Source: Callorhinchus milii (lineage: Eukaryota). From it: a DNA stretch of 64,000 bases. Numbering within the stretch: the stretch's first letter is position 1; the number at the start of each line of letters is the position of its first letter. Below are positions 11,270-24,040 of the stretch, piece by piece. Where the stretch lies: the NCBI RefSeq assembly GCF_018977255.1, contig NW_024704743.1, positions 116,004,001 through 116,068,000 on the forward strand, in the 5' to 3' direction. The notes under the pieces are model-generated. The model saw only the letters and a list, made by a program, of their open reading frames with translations, was not told where the DNA came from and searched no databases. The translations under genes were made by a program, and so were the position numbers.

Positions 11270-13213
11270 CCTCCCCTACCTTCATCTCTGACATCTCCAG
11301 CTTTCTAGCTTCCCTCTGCCTCTGCTCCGACCGCCTCATCATCCTAGGTAACTTCAACCTCCTCTTCAACCCCTCTTGCTCCACCTCCTCACACTTCTCC
11401 TCTTCTCTCTCAACCCTCTCTCTCCACATCCACTCTGCTACCCACGTTCACGGACACCCGCTCGACCTGGTGAAGACCTGGAGCCTCAGTGTCTCGGATG
11501 TCACCATCACCGACAAGGCCATCTCTGACCACCATTTCATTTTCCTCAGCTCCTATATCCCTCTCCCCACTGCCCCCAAACCTACCATCATCTTCTACAC
11601 CCCGTGGAAGAAGATCTCCCCGCAATTCCTCTCCGCTGCCCTGGAGTCCTCTGAACTCCCACTCTGGCCCACCTCCCACACCAACCCATCCTCTGCGTTT
11701 ACTCTCCTCCACAGCACCCTCTTCGCCACACTCGACGTTCTTACCCCCCTCACCTCCCAAACTGCCTCCTATTCCTGATCCTCAACCTGGTTCACCATCC
11801 ACTTCCGCCAGGTGCGGGCTGCCGAATGCACTTGGCAAAAATCTGGTCTAACGGTCCACCGGCACATCTGGCTGGACCTCATCAAAATCACTGGTTAGAG
11901 CACTCGGCTTGTAAGCGAGACACCGAGTTCAATTCCAGGCAGGATGAAACCTTGGGCAAGTTTCCTTACTCCACACACCTAATAATAATCCCTCCAAAAC
12001 AAAAAAAATTGGTCATTTTCAATCCACGACTGTTTGTGGGACACTGCTCTGCGCAATTGGCTGCTGCCCACAAATATAAAGTTAATTCACTTTACAGCAT
12101 ATTCTGTGAAACGCTTTGAGACATCTAGAAGACATGAAAAGCGCTATATCAAATGCAAGGATTACTATTATTATTGCTGCTCCGCTCTCGCCTCTGCCAA
12201 ATCATCCTTCTATTCCAGGCTATTCCTCGAGGCAAAGGGCAACCCCAGGCTCCTGTTCTCCAGCCCCAACAGCCTCCTCCGCCCTCCCCACCACGCCTCA
12301 CAGATTCTTTCCTCCGACTCCCACTGCGAGGAAATGCTGGACTTCCTCGAGTCCAAAATCGAGGGAATCTGCTCAGCTGCTACTGCCCTCACAACTTCCA
12401 CACCCTCCCTACACCCCCCACGCTCCGACCACTACCCATCCCTCCTTCCACACCTTTGAACCTGTCACCTCCTCCTCTGTCACCACCACCATATTCTCCA
12501 TGAAGCTCACCACCTGCTCCCTGGACCCCATCCCCACCTCTCTCCTTAAATCCCAGCTTCACTCTTTCCTCTCCTCTCACTCCCTCCATGAGCCCCTCCA
12601 ATTGGGTTTCCGTGCTGCCTACTGGTCAAGGTCACAAATGACATCCTGACCATGTGTGACCAGGGCTCCCTCAGCCTCCTCATCCTCCTCGACCTCTCCG
12701 CCACCTTTGATACTGTGGGGCCAGTCAATCCTCCTCCATCGCCTCTCCTCCCACCTCAATCTTCAAGGTTCTGTCCTTGACTGGTTCAGGTCCTACCTTT
12801 CACACCGACTCCACTTCGTCTCTGCAAACGGCTTCTCCTCCAGCCCCCACACCATCTTGTGCGGTGTTTCTCAGGGTTCTGTCCTCATTCCTCTCCTCTT
12901 CACCCTCTACATCCTCCGCCATGGTGACATCATCCGCAAACATGGGGTAAATTTCTAAGTGGCCGGCCTTTCAGCCTCTCTGCCTCAAAACTCTGGAACT
13001 CCATCCCACAGTCCCTTCACCTCGCTTCCTCCCTTGTCTCCTTCAAGGCCGGTCTCAAGACCCTTCTCTTTGATCGCCCTCCACCTATCTGCCTTCCCTC
13101 ATCCCTAACCCACCCTCCCCCATGCTCGGGTCCTGACCCCTGACTGTCCAGCGCTTTGGGACGTCCTCCCGACGGGAAAGGCGCTCTATAAATGTAATTT
13201 TGTTGTTGTTGTT
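11270..13213 (+). mobile_element. L2 LINE, decayed, internally deleted ORF2 (APE endonuclease plus partial RT)
   Basis: LIILGNFN, GHPLDLV, ISDH (APE motifs); [30 protein letters not shown] (RT); C-rich; stem-loop 3' end and (TTG)n; strongly similar to 63305-64000. Confidence 0.95.
11889..12175 (+). mobile_element. SINE family A (short variant) nested in L2
   Basis: Slightly 5'-truncated head through (TTA)n; L2 sequence continues on both sides. Confidence 0.92.
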
Positions 13214-15464
13214 TGGGGAAAATTGACTGCCACATTTGCCAACAAGGAAACAGTCCCTACACCACAGCAAAATCCTGTGAAGCACTTTGAGATATCTTGA
13301 TGATGTGATAAGGTGCTGTATCAAGTGCAAGGATTATTCTTATTGTAAGGTATTCCACAATACCTCATGTTGGAAAAACAATCTACCCTTTCCTCTTTTT
13401 TTCTGGCGATATCAGTGTATTCTCTCTTATTGCTGTCTTGAGGATCAGTGGAAATGGAGAGACGATTAAACCCATTCATAATCTCTTCTCACAACTATAC
13501 TAATAAACTTTGCTTTTGATGTAGTGCCTTATCACGTCTTCAAGATGTCTCAAGGCACTTCACAGGATATACCATAAAATGCATCGACTGTGTATTTAAA
13601 AACTATAATATAACTAACCCTAGTATTCATAACATTGTCTCATTGGTTAAAAGTAGCTAATTCAGTCTGATCAGTTTAAAATTTTGCTTGCAGCTCACTT
13701 GTCATTGTTAGTGGTTGCAATTCTGGGATTTTGCGAGCACCATTACCATATGGGTTTCCCGGGATCCTGTTTAGTAATGGCGCTCTCGAAGTCCCAGGAC
13801 TGCAACCCCTAGTCATCGCCCTAGCTGAAAGAAATGTGCATGAAACACCCAGGTTTGAATTCTGGTCTGTGCTGAGTATCTTATTTCAGCCAAAGCAGCA
13901 CTGCAAATGGCTTCAGAATCTCTGCAATGGGACTAGGGAGGGGAAAAAAATAGCCCTGGTTCCTGCTCCTAATGGAAGGTACTTGGATGTTAGATGAATG
14001 AAAGTGTTTAATCGGTTAGGAGACGATAGGGGAAGAGGAGGATATTCAGCCCTTCAAGCTTATTCACAGTAGATCTTTCAATCCCATTTCCTCGCTTTTT
14101 TTCTCCATTTCCCGTAATACCTTTACTTCCCAACATATATTGATCGTGGCTGTTCGTGGGACATTTCTGCATGCAAACTGGCTGCTGTGATTCACCCATA
14201 AAACACAATCAATCCAATTTACAGTAACTCCTGTGAAGCGCTTGAACAACATGATATGGCGCTGCATCAAATACAAGCAAAAAAAATCAAATGCAAGGAT
14301 AATTTTCCCTAACCCTGCACGGTGTCCACCACTATATTTTCTCAAGCACTTTGAGATGTTTTTGTTACTTGAATTGTGCTGTATAAATGTAGGTCGTTTG
14401 TTGTTTGTGTCTTGGTTGTTGTCACTGGCATCATATTACTCTATTCCAGATATGAAAACAAGGAGTCAATTAGACCGAGGGGGAAATAAAATCCTATTAC
14501 TTTATGGTCGCTAATAAAACCTTATGAAATTGCATTCCAATTGCCGCCTGAAACATTGCCTGTTGGTTTTTGTGCATATAAATATCTTCGCTTCGGATCT
14601 GAAAATTAATTCCTATAAATCTGGACTCCGGAGGCAACTCTTTTCTTCCATTATGCATTTAACTGACTGCAACCGGCTTTTAAAAGCTGCTAGCTAGTTC
14701 TAACCATGATATGCCATGCTATGTTAATTTGTTTACTTTAGCAGCAGTGAGTGATCACATGTTATAGGCTAAATGTCTAATAAATCTCCAGGGGGACCAG
14801 TGTTGACTTGTGTGGAGTTGACTTAAAAAATATTTGATGGAATATAGCTCCAGTCGCTGAATAGCTGTCAGATTGGATTTATTCCTGTAGGTCCCATTTA
14901 CAGAGACACACAGTACAAATCCCAAGGGAGTTTTCTCTCCAGGTATATTCCCCAGAGGCTATTGCAATGTCAGACTCTAGCAGATAACAAATTTGATATG
15001 TTGAAAACCGCACCGCATGATCAAAAGTGCTTTAAATCCTTATTGTATCGGGCTATAACTTAGCCGGTGGATTTAGACGTGGTGATTTACACACTTATTT
15101 ATGCAAATCACCGGTGGATTTTTTTATAAAAATGGACTTTTGGTGTAATACAAGGAAGCTTATGCATGAAATGCATCAAAGTAACATTGCTTACAGCAAG
15201 CGGGGAATAAAAGGTGAGGTGTGAATGATGTGGGAATCTTGAAGGAGTCTACTGTTCTCCCAGGGGAGAGGGGAGGCAAGGGGAGAGTAAGCAGGATCAT
15301 TATGGAGTTGAAATGGCTCCATATGGGGTGTTTGGCAATTGAATAATATAATAATATAATACCACTCCTTGCATTTGATCTGTGAGAATTGAGTCAATTC
15401 TTTGTAGTGACAGTAAACTGGCGGGTCTGTCCCCAGTACTGCAGGGAACTGTTGATGACAGCGA

Positions 15465-15690
15465 AACAACAACTTGAATTTATATAGCGTCCCTCAGGCA
15501 GGGCAGGATCCCAGAGCACTTGACAGTGGCAAAGCACAATGCCAAGCCGGGGTGAGGGGCTGCTGACTGTAGGCACGGTCGAATAGGAAGATTGTCAGGT
15601 GCGACCTGAAGATGGGGAAAGAAGGGGCAAGGAGGAGGGATAGAAGGAGAATGTTCCAGAGTTGTTCCAACCAGCCTGATAGTAGACACC
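15465..15690 (-). mobile_element. L2 3' fragment, subfamily b
   Basis: Clearly homologous to 28225-28425 and 44030-44484; (TTG)n end. Confidence 0.8.
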
Positions 15691-15716
15691 CCCCCCCCCC
15701 CCCCCCGCCCACCCCC
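15688..15716. repeat. Poly-C tract (G-run on minus strand)
   Basis: About 18 consecutive C followed by gcccacccc. Confidence 0.9.
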
Positions 15717-18704
15717 GGCCAGCAGCACTCGTACACATATGGAATCGCAGTGTTGTTCCCCTTCCCCCTTTTCCAACCCTGGATGCAGTGGAGAAAAGTC
15801 CAACGTGAAAAACTTGAATGAATGAAACTTGAATCCAGGCCTTGCTGAGCCAAACCCCTCCCCCCCCCCGACAGTAACTTTAGTGCTGCGGTTATTTTTG
15901 CAACCCTCATCAAAGCAGTATTTTGTATGGTGCGTGATTCGGAAATATTTATCGAGTGGATACATGCAGTGTCGTGCAGCAGAAATTACTCCTCCACAGG
16001 ATAAATCAGGTTGTAAAATTGTTGATTCTTTCAAACACAGATTAGAAAGCATTATTGGATATTGTACATGGGTAGTTTGGGACATATGTGCATGCGATTG
16101 CCAGGAAGGTAGAAGGCGAACTAGATGGACCTCGGTCTTTTTTATTCTAGCATTTCTTAAGTTCTTATATAAAAGTAAATAGTTGATAGATAAAAATCCC
16201 ATTATACATGGTGACTCTTCCCCCCCCACCCCCACAACCCACAAACCCACCTCCCCATAATAAAATGGTTTGATGCCTTGCTCATCTTGAGATTGTGAGT
16301 TTTGTGAAATTAGCGAGCGAGCGACAATAAAGACAGGTTTTTTAATGCTCTAAAGGATTCTATATCGATTGAGTCTTACAAAATCACAAAGCAGAAAAAC
16401 AAGACCTGGCCTTTAGACAACAAGTTCTACAGTGACTGTCCCTATGGGCAGCTCATATAATGTTTAGCAGTAAAACTGAACAAACAGAGACAGGCTTTTT
16501 GTTTCATCTGCATCCTCACCTATAAACCCCTTCATTACCTAACACTTTCCTAACCCTCCTGGTTCCTTTAGCCTTCCCTATCTCTTCCACCTCTGCTTGC
16601 TTCCTTTGCTCGACTAACTCTGGTATACTGTGAGTTTATGCCACAATTGGTGGCTAAATCTTCAGATACTAAACTCATAAAATCTGGAATAGCCTCATTG
16701 CTCATCACGGAAGGCCAGCAAACACAATGAGCTGGGCACGTCACAAGAGTGGTGGCTTGAATTTTTTTTAAATTCCATTTCTGGCCGGTCCGACTAGGTC
16801 CGAGTTCCAGATACCAGGGGTCTTGTTACCCGGAGTAAGCCAGGGGTTTACTGTTTGTGAAGCACCTTGGGATGTCCTCCCAACGTGAAATGTGTTACAC
16901 AAGTGTAATTTGGATTGTAATGTCTACATCTAATGAATGGCCACTTGGGTGCATGGTACCTACCAGTGGAACCATGTCTTGGCCTCATCAAGCTCCTTTA
17001 AGAAAGCAAAAGAGAAAATTGGATGGTGGGATATATGTGGCCATGTGCCTTACCGATGACTTCATCCATCAGGCTCGGTGGAGCCTGATATCAGCAGGAA
17101 ATGACATTTATTGTCAGTAATGGGAGCAGTTCCTCACAGGGGAGCTGTTAATGGAAATCAGAAATGATTGCCTGGTGTGTATATGAAAGGTTGTACTGTG
17201 CTATTTGTTGTGGTGACCGCTGTCCTTGCAGAATCTGTAAGCTGATGACTAATTTACAGCAATGGCCGGCTACATGCTGAGCTCAGTGCCTGCGCTTGGC
17301 CTGTCAGACCCTTACAGTCACGTGGGTCAGTGTGCCCAAGGTATACAGTCATCCTGTACATTCTCAGTGGTTGACTGGGATTCTCAGTGGTAACATTTAG
17401 TGAGGGCAGGGACACAGCGTGGCTACTGAGTGATTTGGTTAGTGCTTAATTATGGGGCAAAGACGGGCAATTGGATTTGAGGTACAGAACAGCCGTGATT
17501 TAATAGAATGATAGAACAGGCTCGAGGGGCTGAATGGGCTCCTATGTTCCCATGTCTTCCGCAATTGTTAAGGGGTAGTGGGGGCTGGAGGTGGGGAAGG
17601 CACTCAGAATTTGGGGCACCTGCCTAATAGGAAAGGACAAAGGAAGTTATTGAGGGAATGAGAACATAGCAGTTTGCTCAAACTACTAGTTATTTATTTA
17701 CATCTAAGTCACAAGTCAAGTCAATTTTTTTTTTACCTTCCGCAGCCCCCCCTTTTACACCCACCTTTTTCGCCCACATCCTCCTGAAAGCATTTCGGCT
17801 CCTTTTCCTTGCCAGAAGGTTGCAGGTTCAAGCCCCACCAAGCCTGTTGGCAAATGTGTGCGAGAATCAGCCCCACAGCGTTTAGCTGGTTTTGAAACCT
17901 CAGAGAAAAGTGTAATTTCGCATTTTTACTTGGAAAATAATTGAATTGTACTATTTTTTAAAAAAAAATCCACCTCAAACCCCTAAGGCTGAAATATTAA
18001 GCAGCACTTAAAAGCTGGTCTCTAATGAAATGTCACACACTGCAGATTAAGATTTTACACGGCTACATTTTGTCTTTAAAGACCGTACAGTCTTTCAGGT
18101 ATTCGTTTCAAGATGTTTGTTTAAATGCTGTCTCTGTTATGCGGTGCATTATTGGGAGGAACAAGGCAGGGTCGATGGTACCTTCCTTTGGATGAGCTTG
18201 AAACCAAGGTCCCTTCTGTCTGGCATCAAATAGATTATGGCACCATTTGAAAAGAGAAATTGCTTCTAGTTTTCTGGTCACAATCCCTCGTGACTGTTTG
18301 TGGGACTTTGCTATCATGTATGGCTGCTGCATTTGCCTCCAAAAACAGTCACTTCACCCGAGAATAATCACACATAAATCTCTTTCAGTGTGACGAGGTG
18401 CTATTAAATAAAAGTAGTTATTTCTATCCTTTGAGAGTTCAAATTTTGCTGTGAGAGGGAAAGGAAGAGGGTGCGTTGGGATCAATGGCGATACAGCAGT
18501 AGTTATACTTGTTGAGTCACCGTGAGCATTGGTGGTGTGAGAAAGTTGATGGCTATTACATTAATGAACCATTGACTCCACACATGTATTCTCATTGTTG
18601 GAATTTTAGAGTGTGTTCAGAGAAGGATGATTCTAGGACTTTTAGAATTCTGTTATGGGGAAAGCTTCACACAGCTGAATTTGTTTAATTAGAAAAGGCA
18701 AGGT

Positions 18705-18970
18705 TGGTCGGTAGTACTGTCACCTCCAAGTCAGAAGGTTGTGGGTTCAAGCCCCATGCCAGGACTTTGAGCTGATGCTCTGGGCTGACACTCCAGTGCA
18801 GTTCTGGGGTGTGTGGGGGAAGGAGGGGTTGCTGCCTTTGGATGAGATGTTAATCCAAGGTAGACATTGAAGGTACTGTGGCACTATCCAAAAAGATAAA
18901 TCTTTCTCCTGGTGTTCTGGTCAATATCCTCCTGATGTCCCAAAGGTGTTATATTAAATGCAACAATTAT
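18705..18970 (+). mobile_element. SINE family B, degraded
   Basis: gtcagaaggttgtgggttcaagcccc...gctgacactccagtgcag...ggatgagatgttaa. Confidence 0.75.
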
Positions 18971-19488
18971 TGTAACTATTCTAAACTTAGTGGGATGACA
19001 TGATCTAGGTCTTAAAAGTTCTTAGATTGTCGCAAGGTCATGAGAGAGGTTTTTGATGAGGAGACTCAACAACTCATAGAATCAAAATAGCGTCTTGCCA
19101 TTATATCCCATTATATTATTAAGCCATTTCTTAAATGTGTTCAGTATTCTGAGTCTACATTTCGTGCAAAGCAGTATTTCCTGCGTGTCTTGCTCTTCAT
19201 ATCCCCTGAGCCTGTGCCTGCTGGTCCTGCTGCTTTTGACATAATGGAAAGTAATATCGAGGGTTAACTTTTTCCATTGTGTTAAACATAAAACTCACAT
19301 AAGTCTGATCTGTATAAAACATATAATTGCCTAAGACATACATCTGCCCAAGTCTTGTTCAAGAGTTTATATGCTATACAAAGTTTGACATTACTCATAT
19401 TAAGTGTATGGTCTCAAATAATATGACTGAGGTGAGGTTTACTGTATACATTTTAAAGGCTTTCTTTCTTTCGGAGGCAAAAGAACCT

Positions 19489-19860
19489 GTGGAATCCTGT
19501 AGCTCAGTGGTTAGAACCACACAAGTGAGAGACCTGGGTTCGATTCCTGGCAGGGTGAAAAGTTGGGCAAGTTTCCTTACTTTTTTCTTTTTTCCTCTGT
19601 TTACCCAGCAGTAAATAGAAACCCAATTGTTACTCAATTGCCAGATCGCTTTTCCAGGGGTAATAGTTCCTTCAAAAATAAAATAAAAAATTGTTCACTC
19701 AATCCATGATTGTTTTTGGGTTGTGGGCTGTGTGCAATTGGCTGCTGTATTTCGCCCACAAAATATGCACTCAATTCACTTGCAGTATATTCTGTGAAGC
19801 GCTTTGAGATGTCGTGAAGATCTCCCTGGGCCCTATATCAATTGCAAGGGTTATTTATTT
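19489..19860 (+). mobile_element. SINE family A, long variant
   Basis: Head plus ctgtttacccagcagtaaatagaaaccc...gatcgcttttccagggg segment, Deu part and tail. Confidence 0.88.
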
Positions 19861-20272
19861 TAACCCCAGCTCATCAACTTGTTCCTATAACAGACTTGCT
19901 GCCCACTCTGCACTCTAGGTTCTGGATAGGTCCCCAATGTTGTAGCCTGTATGAGCGCTCCAGGTGCAGTCTGATCAGACAACTGGTGTACAGTAAGGAT
20001 TTGTTGCAGTGGGGCTAGAAAATAGAAGAAATCTTTTTTGTTGCCATGGAGTGGTGGATTTGTGGAGCAGACTCCAAGCAAGGTGCAACCAATGCTGTGT
20101 TCATCAGCTTAAACCTTTGCACAGATTAATTGCACGTAAAGGCCCTGTTTGTATTAGAGCCTGGGCATGTGAGTTCACCATAAAGTGCTGGTTAATATCT
20201 TTTATAAATTTGAAAATTAAATAAAGACATCTGTTAACAGAATATCATAACTAACTGGGGATTTTGTCTCGT

Positions 20273-20310
20273 TTTCTCTCTCTCTCGTTCTCTCTCTCGT
20301 TCTCTCTCTC
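20273..20310. repeat. Compound (CT)n microsatellite
   Basis: Repeating cgttctctctct units. Confidence 0.8.
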
Positions 20311-21969
20311 TGATTCCTTTCATTTCATTTTATAAAGGTCTCTCTGAAGAATGACTTTTACCAATTTAAAGCGTGCTTTTTCACTCCCATTGAATACAAA
20401 TCAGGGGGAAGAAAAGCAAATAAAAATACAGAGGGAGCGCCAGAGAAAGGCAAAGCTGAAGAAAGCATAGCTTCTGAAGCAAATTCACTGAAAAACCTTT
20501 TCTCTGAACATTCGATGTTCAGATGATTGTAATGTCTGCGAGATTCAGAAAAGTCTACTGAAGAAAGGTCACGAAAATCTCCTGTTTGTGGTTATCATTC
20601 ACAGTCTTCCACCTAGAATCTTCTACAATGTTATTTTCACAATGATCCTTATTGAATGTGCTTTGCCTCATTCTAATGTCAATGTTATTGAATAAATCCC
20701 ACCTATTTTTGACTCTGATTAACGACGTTTAGGAACATAAGGAAATGGAGGGGGCATTCAGCCTGTTCTGCCAGTTTTTTGGATCATGGCAGATTTTATA
20801 ATACCACTTTCCTGTATGTGATTCTGTATTAACAGAGTTCAAGTGGCACAAATGATTCAATTTTCTTTCTTACATATTCCCTTACCCCCCCCCACCCCTC
20901 AGAGCAGTGGATGTGTGGACCAAACTCCCTACAAAAATAGTCAATGTGCTCCTTTTACTAGCTAAACAATTCCAGACTGCTTTCAATTTCATTTTGTTTT
21001 GTTTATTTCTTTCAACCTACAGGCAATTTTTCTTTTCAAGTTCTCTGCCCTCCCCGTCACCTCTCCTGAATCTGTTAACACAATATCACTACCAATTGTG
21101 CAGGATGTCCCCCAGTATGGGAGGTTGCCACCTCCAAGACAGAAAATTACTGGCAGTTGGAGCTTTGAGATACAAAAAAAACGGACTCAAAAAAGCTTCT
21201 CCTTGTCAAGCCTTCAGTCACCAACAAAACATCTCCTCAAGGGACTTTCTGACTTACTGTATATACTGTAAATATTTTCACATAATATTTGCCTTGGAAA
21301 TTGCGTACCAAAACAACAACTTGCATTTATATAGCACCCTTCACGAGTTGCAGTGTCTTGGAGCACTTAACAGTACATGTGAAAATAACTCACTGCAAAA
21401 TAATTTACAAGGCGAAAAAACCCTCATCTGTGAGTGTAAGGTGCAGCTGGGCTGTGCATGTGTGTGTCAAATGTGTGAAAACAATTCAAACTGTTCTCGT
21501 GAATAGGCACATTCGCGCACACATAGTCCAGCTTCCCACGCTCAAAGGTAAGGGTTTTGTTTAAACTTTTTCCATTGTGTCCCATTTTATATTGAACCAT
21601 TTTCATTTCTTTTAACATTGGCCATCTGTGAAGAAAATGTCCTTGAGGACATTGTCTCTCTCTCTCCCTCCCTGCCTCTCTATAATCAAATCATTAGTAA
21701 ATACAATCAAAGCATAATTGCTCCTCTTCCTAGGCTATGAACAGTAAGTGTGGTCTCATCACTTTTCCTCTGCTGATGATCAGCTAAGTGCCAGCACAGA
21801 GCACTACATGTCCTGGGGGTAGTTCAGGGCAATCCACTGCTGCGAGCACTGTCAGGAGAAGCATATGCCTAGGAATGATGGACCAGCATTCTGGATGAAA
21901 TAGGCTCTCCATCTGGGAAATCGAAGCTGAATTTTTTACCAAGTGCTACATCAGGCAGATAGCATCACA

Positions 21970-22270
21970 GTGGAGGCCTGTAACGTATTGGTTAGAGCAT
22001 TCACCTTGCAAGCGAGAGGATCCGGGTTTGATTCCTGCTCAGTGGGAAGCCCAAGGCAAGTTTACTTACACCACATGACTCTGTTTACCTAACAATAATA
22101 ATCCCATCAAATAAATAAATAATAATATGGTCACTCAACCCACGACTGTTTGTGGGACACTGCTGTTGCATTTTGCTCCCAAAAGATACACTTAGCAGTA
22201 TATTCTGTGAAGCACTTTGAGATGTCTCAAAGATGTGATAAGGCGTCATACCAATGCAAGGATTATTATT
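21970..22270 (+). mobile_element. SINE family A, intermediate variant
   Basis: Keeps ctgtttaccta but lacks the rest of the long segment. Confidence 0.85.
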
Positions 22271-22424
22271 GTTAAAGACAGCAATAGATTGACCTAATGC
22301 TATCGTATTTAGACGTTACACAGATATTAACCATTTAATTTGTTTAGTTCAGTTCCAGTAAACTGATGCTGTGCATTTTGATCGTTTATAGATCAAAGTT
22401 TCCCCCCACCCCTCTCTTCCAAAG

Positions 22425-23000
22425 CTGTCAGCTTGCCTCTGTTGGTAACACTATCTCTTTCAGGTCAGAAGGTTGTGAGTTCAAGATCCAATTTGGGACT
22501 TGAACTCAATCTAACCCAACTGACACTCCAGCACATAACTGGGGGGAAATGCTATAATGTGGTAAGTTCTGAGGATTTTTAACTCAGGTCCCATCTGCCT
22601 GGCTAGGTGGTTGTTAACAATACTATTGGAACACAGAAGAGAGTGATCCTCCAGTTAAATGAGTCATCCACCCACCGGGGACCTTACTGTGCGCGGCTAA
22701 ACTTGACATGTTTTCCTACAATAAAATTGGTCACTCCACTTGACAGTAATTACGTATGAAGAATTTTAACTTGATAAAAATCTAAGTTATTTCTTGTACA
22801 TCGAATGGAAAATCCCACCACTGAATGCGTCACCCCCACAGCTAGCCAGGAGGAAGTCCTCTCACTGACGTGTACTCACACATGATTCTCCAGTACAGTG
22901 CTAAGGGAGCATTGTCGGAACAGGCGTCCTTGAGATGAGACGTTAAATGGAAGTCCTGTCTATCTGTTCAAATGGTTGTTAAAGATCCCATGGCTATTAT
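22425..23000 (+). mobile_element. SINE family B fragments
   Basis: Degraded head plus gagatgagacgttaaa...aaagatcccatggc Deu motif. Confidence 0.6.
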
Positions 23001-23705
23001 ATATTATGGCACTATCAAAACATTTCATAGCGCTTTGCTGTGATTGCTGTCAGCTGAAGTGACTGTTTCTGTTGCAGCCAATTAACAGAACCTATAAACA
23101 GCAGTCGAGAGAATGATCAGTTTAATTAAGATGGCTATAGGTCAGGACGTTGGGAGAAAGTGTCTTCTGTTTTGGAATAGTGTCACACGGTATCTTGTAT
23201 CCATTTATAGTTTACTTGGTCCACAAAGCATACCTCCATGCAGTCCAATATATACGTGGACGAGCAGTAGAGTAAGACATTAAGAAATGAGAAACAATCT
23301 GAATTTACAGCATTGGATCTTGTTCAATGGTCTTGGAGCATGAGGTGTGAAACTTATTCACGATAGTACATGGTTGTCTGGGTTTATCACAGGTAATTTA
23401 TTAAGGTTAAATACAGCAGTTCATTAAACTTGGAACGATTGATTTGTCATGGGTTTTTGCAATTGTAGCCAGTGAAACGAGCACACTACACAAGGGAAAA
23501 ATTTATTGATGAGAATCTTTTTATTTCCATGACCAAGCAATGAAAACGATTGTCATTGGGCAAAGAAGCTTCAGGTTAAAGTCTGGGTATTAAGTATCTG
23601 AGATGAAAAAGCTGGATATTTTGCAAAGTAGTCACTGAGTTGGGTGTATCCAACGCCTTGGGACGTCCTTCCGACATGAAAGGTGCTTTACAAATGTAAT
23701 TACAG

Positions 23706-24040
23706 AAGAACATAAGAACATAAGAATTAGTAGCTGGAGTAGGCCATTCGGCCCCTCGAGCCTGTACCCCACCATTCGACAAGATCATGGCTGATCTTCA
23801 GACCTAACTCTAATTACCTGCCCTATCCCCATATCCCCTAATCCCTCTGTTTTTTAAAAATCTATCAGTCTCAGCCTTGAAGATGCTCAAGGACTGAGCA
23901 TTCCATAAATTCACTACCCTCTGAGTGAAGAAATGTTTCCTCAACTCTGTTTATAGATTCTCCTACCAGGGGAAACAGACCCTCAGTGTCCACTTTATCC
24001 AGCCCTTTAAGAATCTTATATATTTCAATAAGATCTCCCC
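23706..24040 (-). mobile_element. CR1 3' fragment, same subfamily as 6811-8890
   Basis: gaacataagaacataag terminal repeats, then taggccattcggcccctcgagcc...aagatcatggctgatc. Confidence 0.88.

Larger units (their letters stand above)
11060..13345 (+). mobile_element. SINE family B split by an L2 insertion (halves about 11060-11269 and 13214-13345)
   Basis: Deu sequence ...ggtgtcctggccaacaatcc...cttcatggttgt stops at 11269 and resumes at ttggggaaaattgactgcc after the L2 tail. Confidence 0.75.

Noticed and set aside
15480..16250. 256-aa minus-strand ORF
   Set aside because: Crosses an L2 fragment and a poly-C tract; no recognisable domain
16780..16855. Tigger/pogo-like terminus (ggggtttactg, reverse CAGTAAACCCC)
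   Set aside because: Only one end found; no matching TIR or TA duplication
20540..20581. Hammerhead-like GAGATTC...CTGAAGA-aaggtcac-GAAAATCTC with a 6-bp stem III
   Set aside because: Stem I is out of register by one base and stem II cannot pair (A-C closing), so it is probably chance or a dead relic
20907..21506. 199-aa plus-strand ORF
   Set aside because: Includes an L2 tail (NNNLHLYSTLH) and low-complexity sequence; no domain recognised
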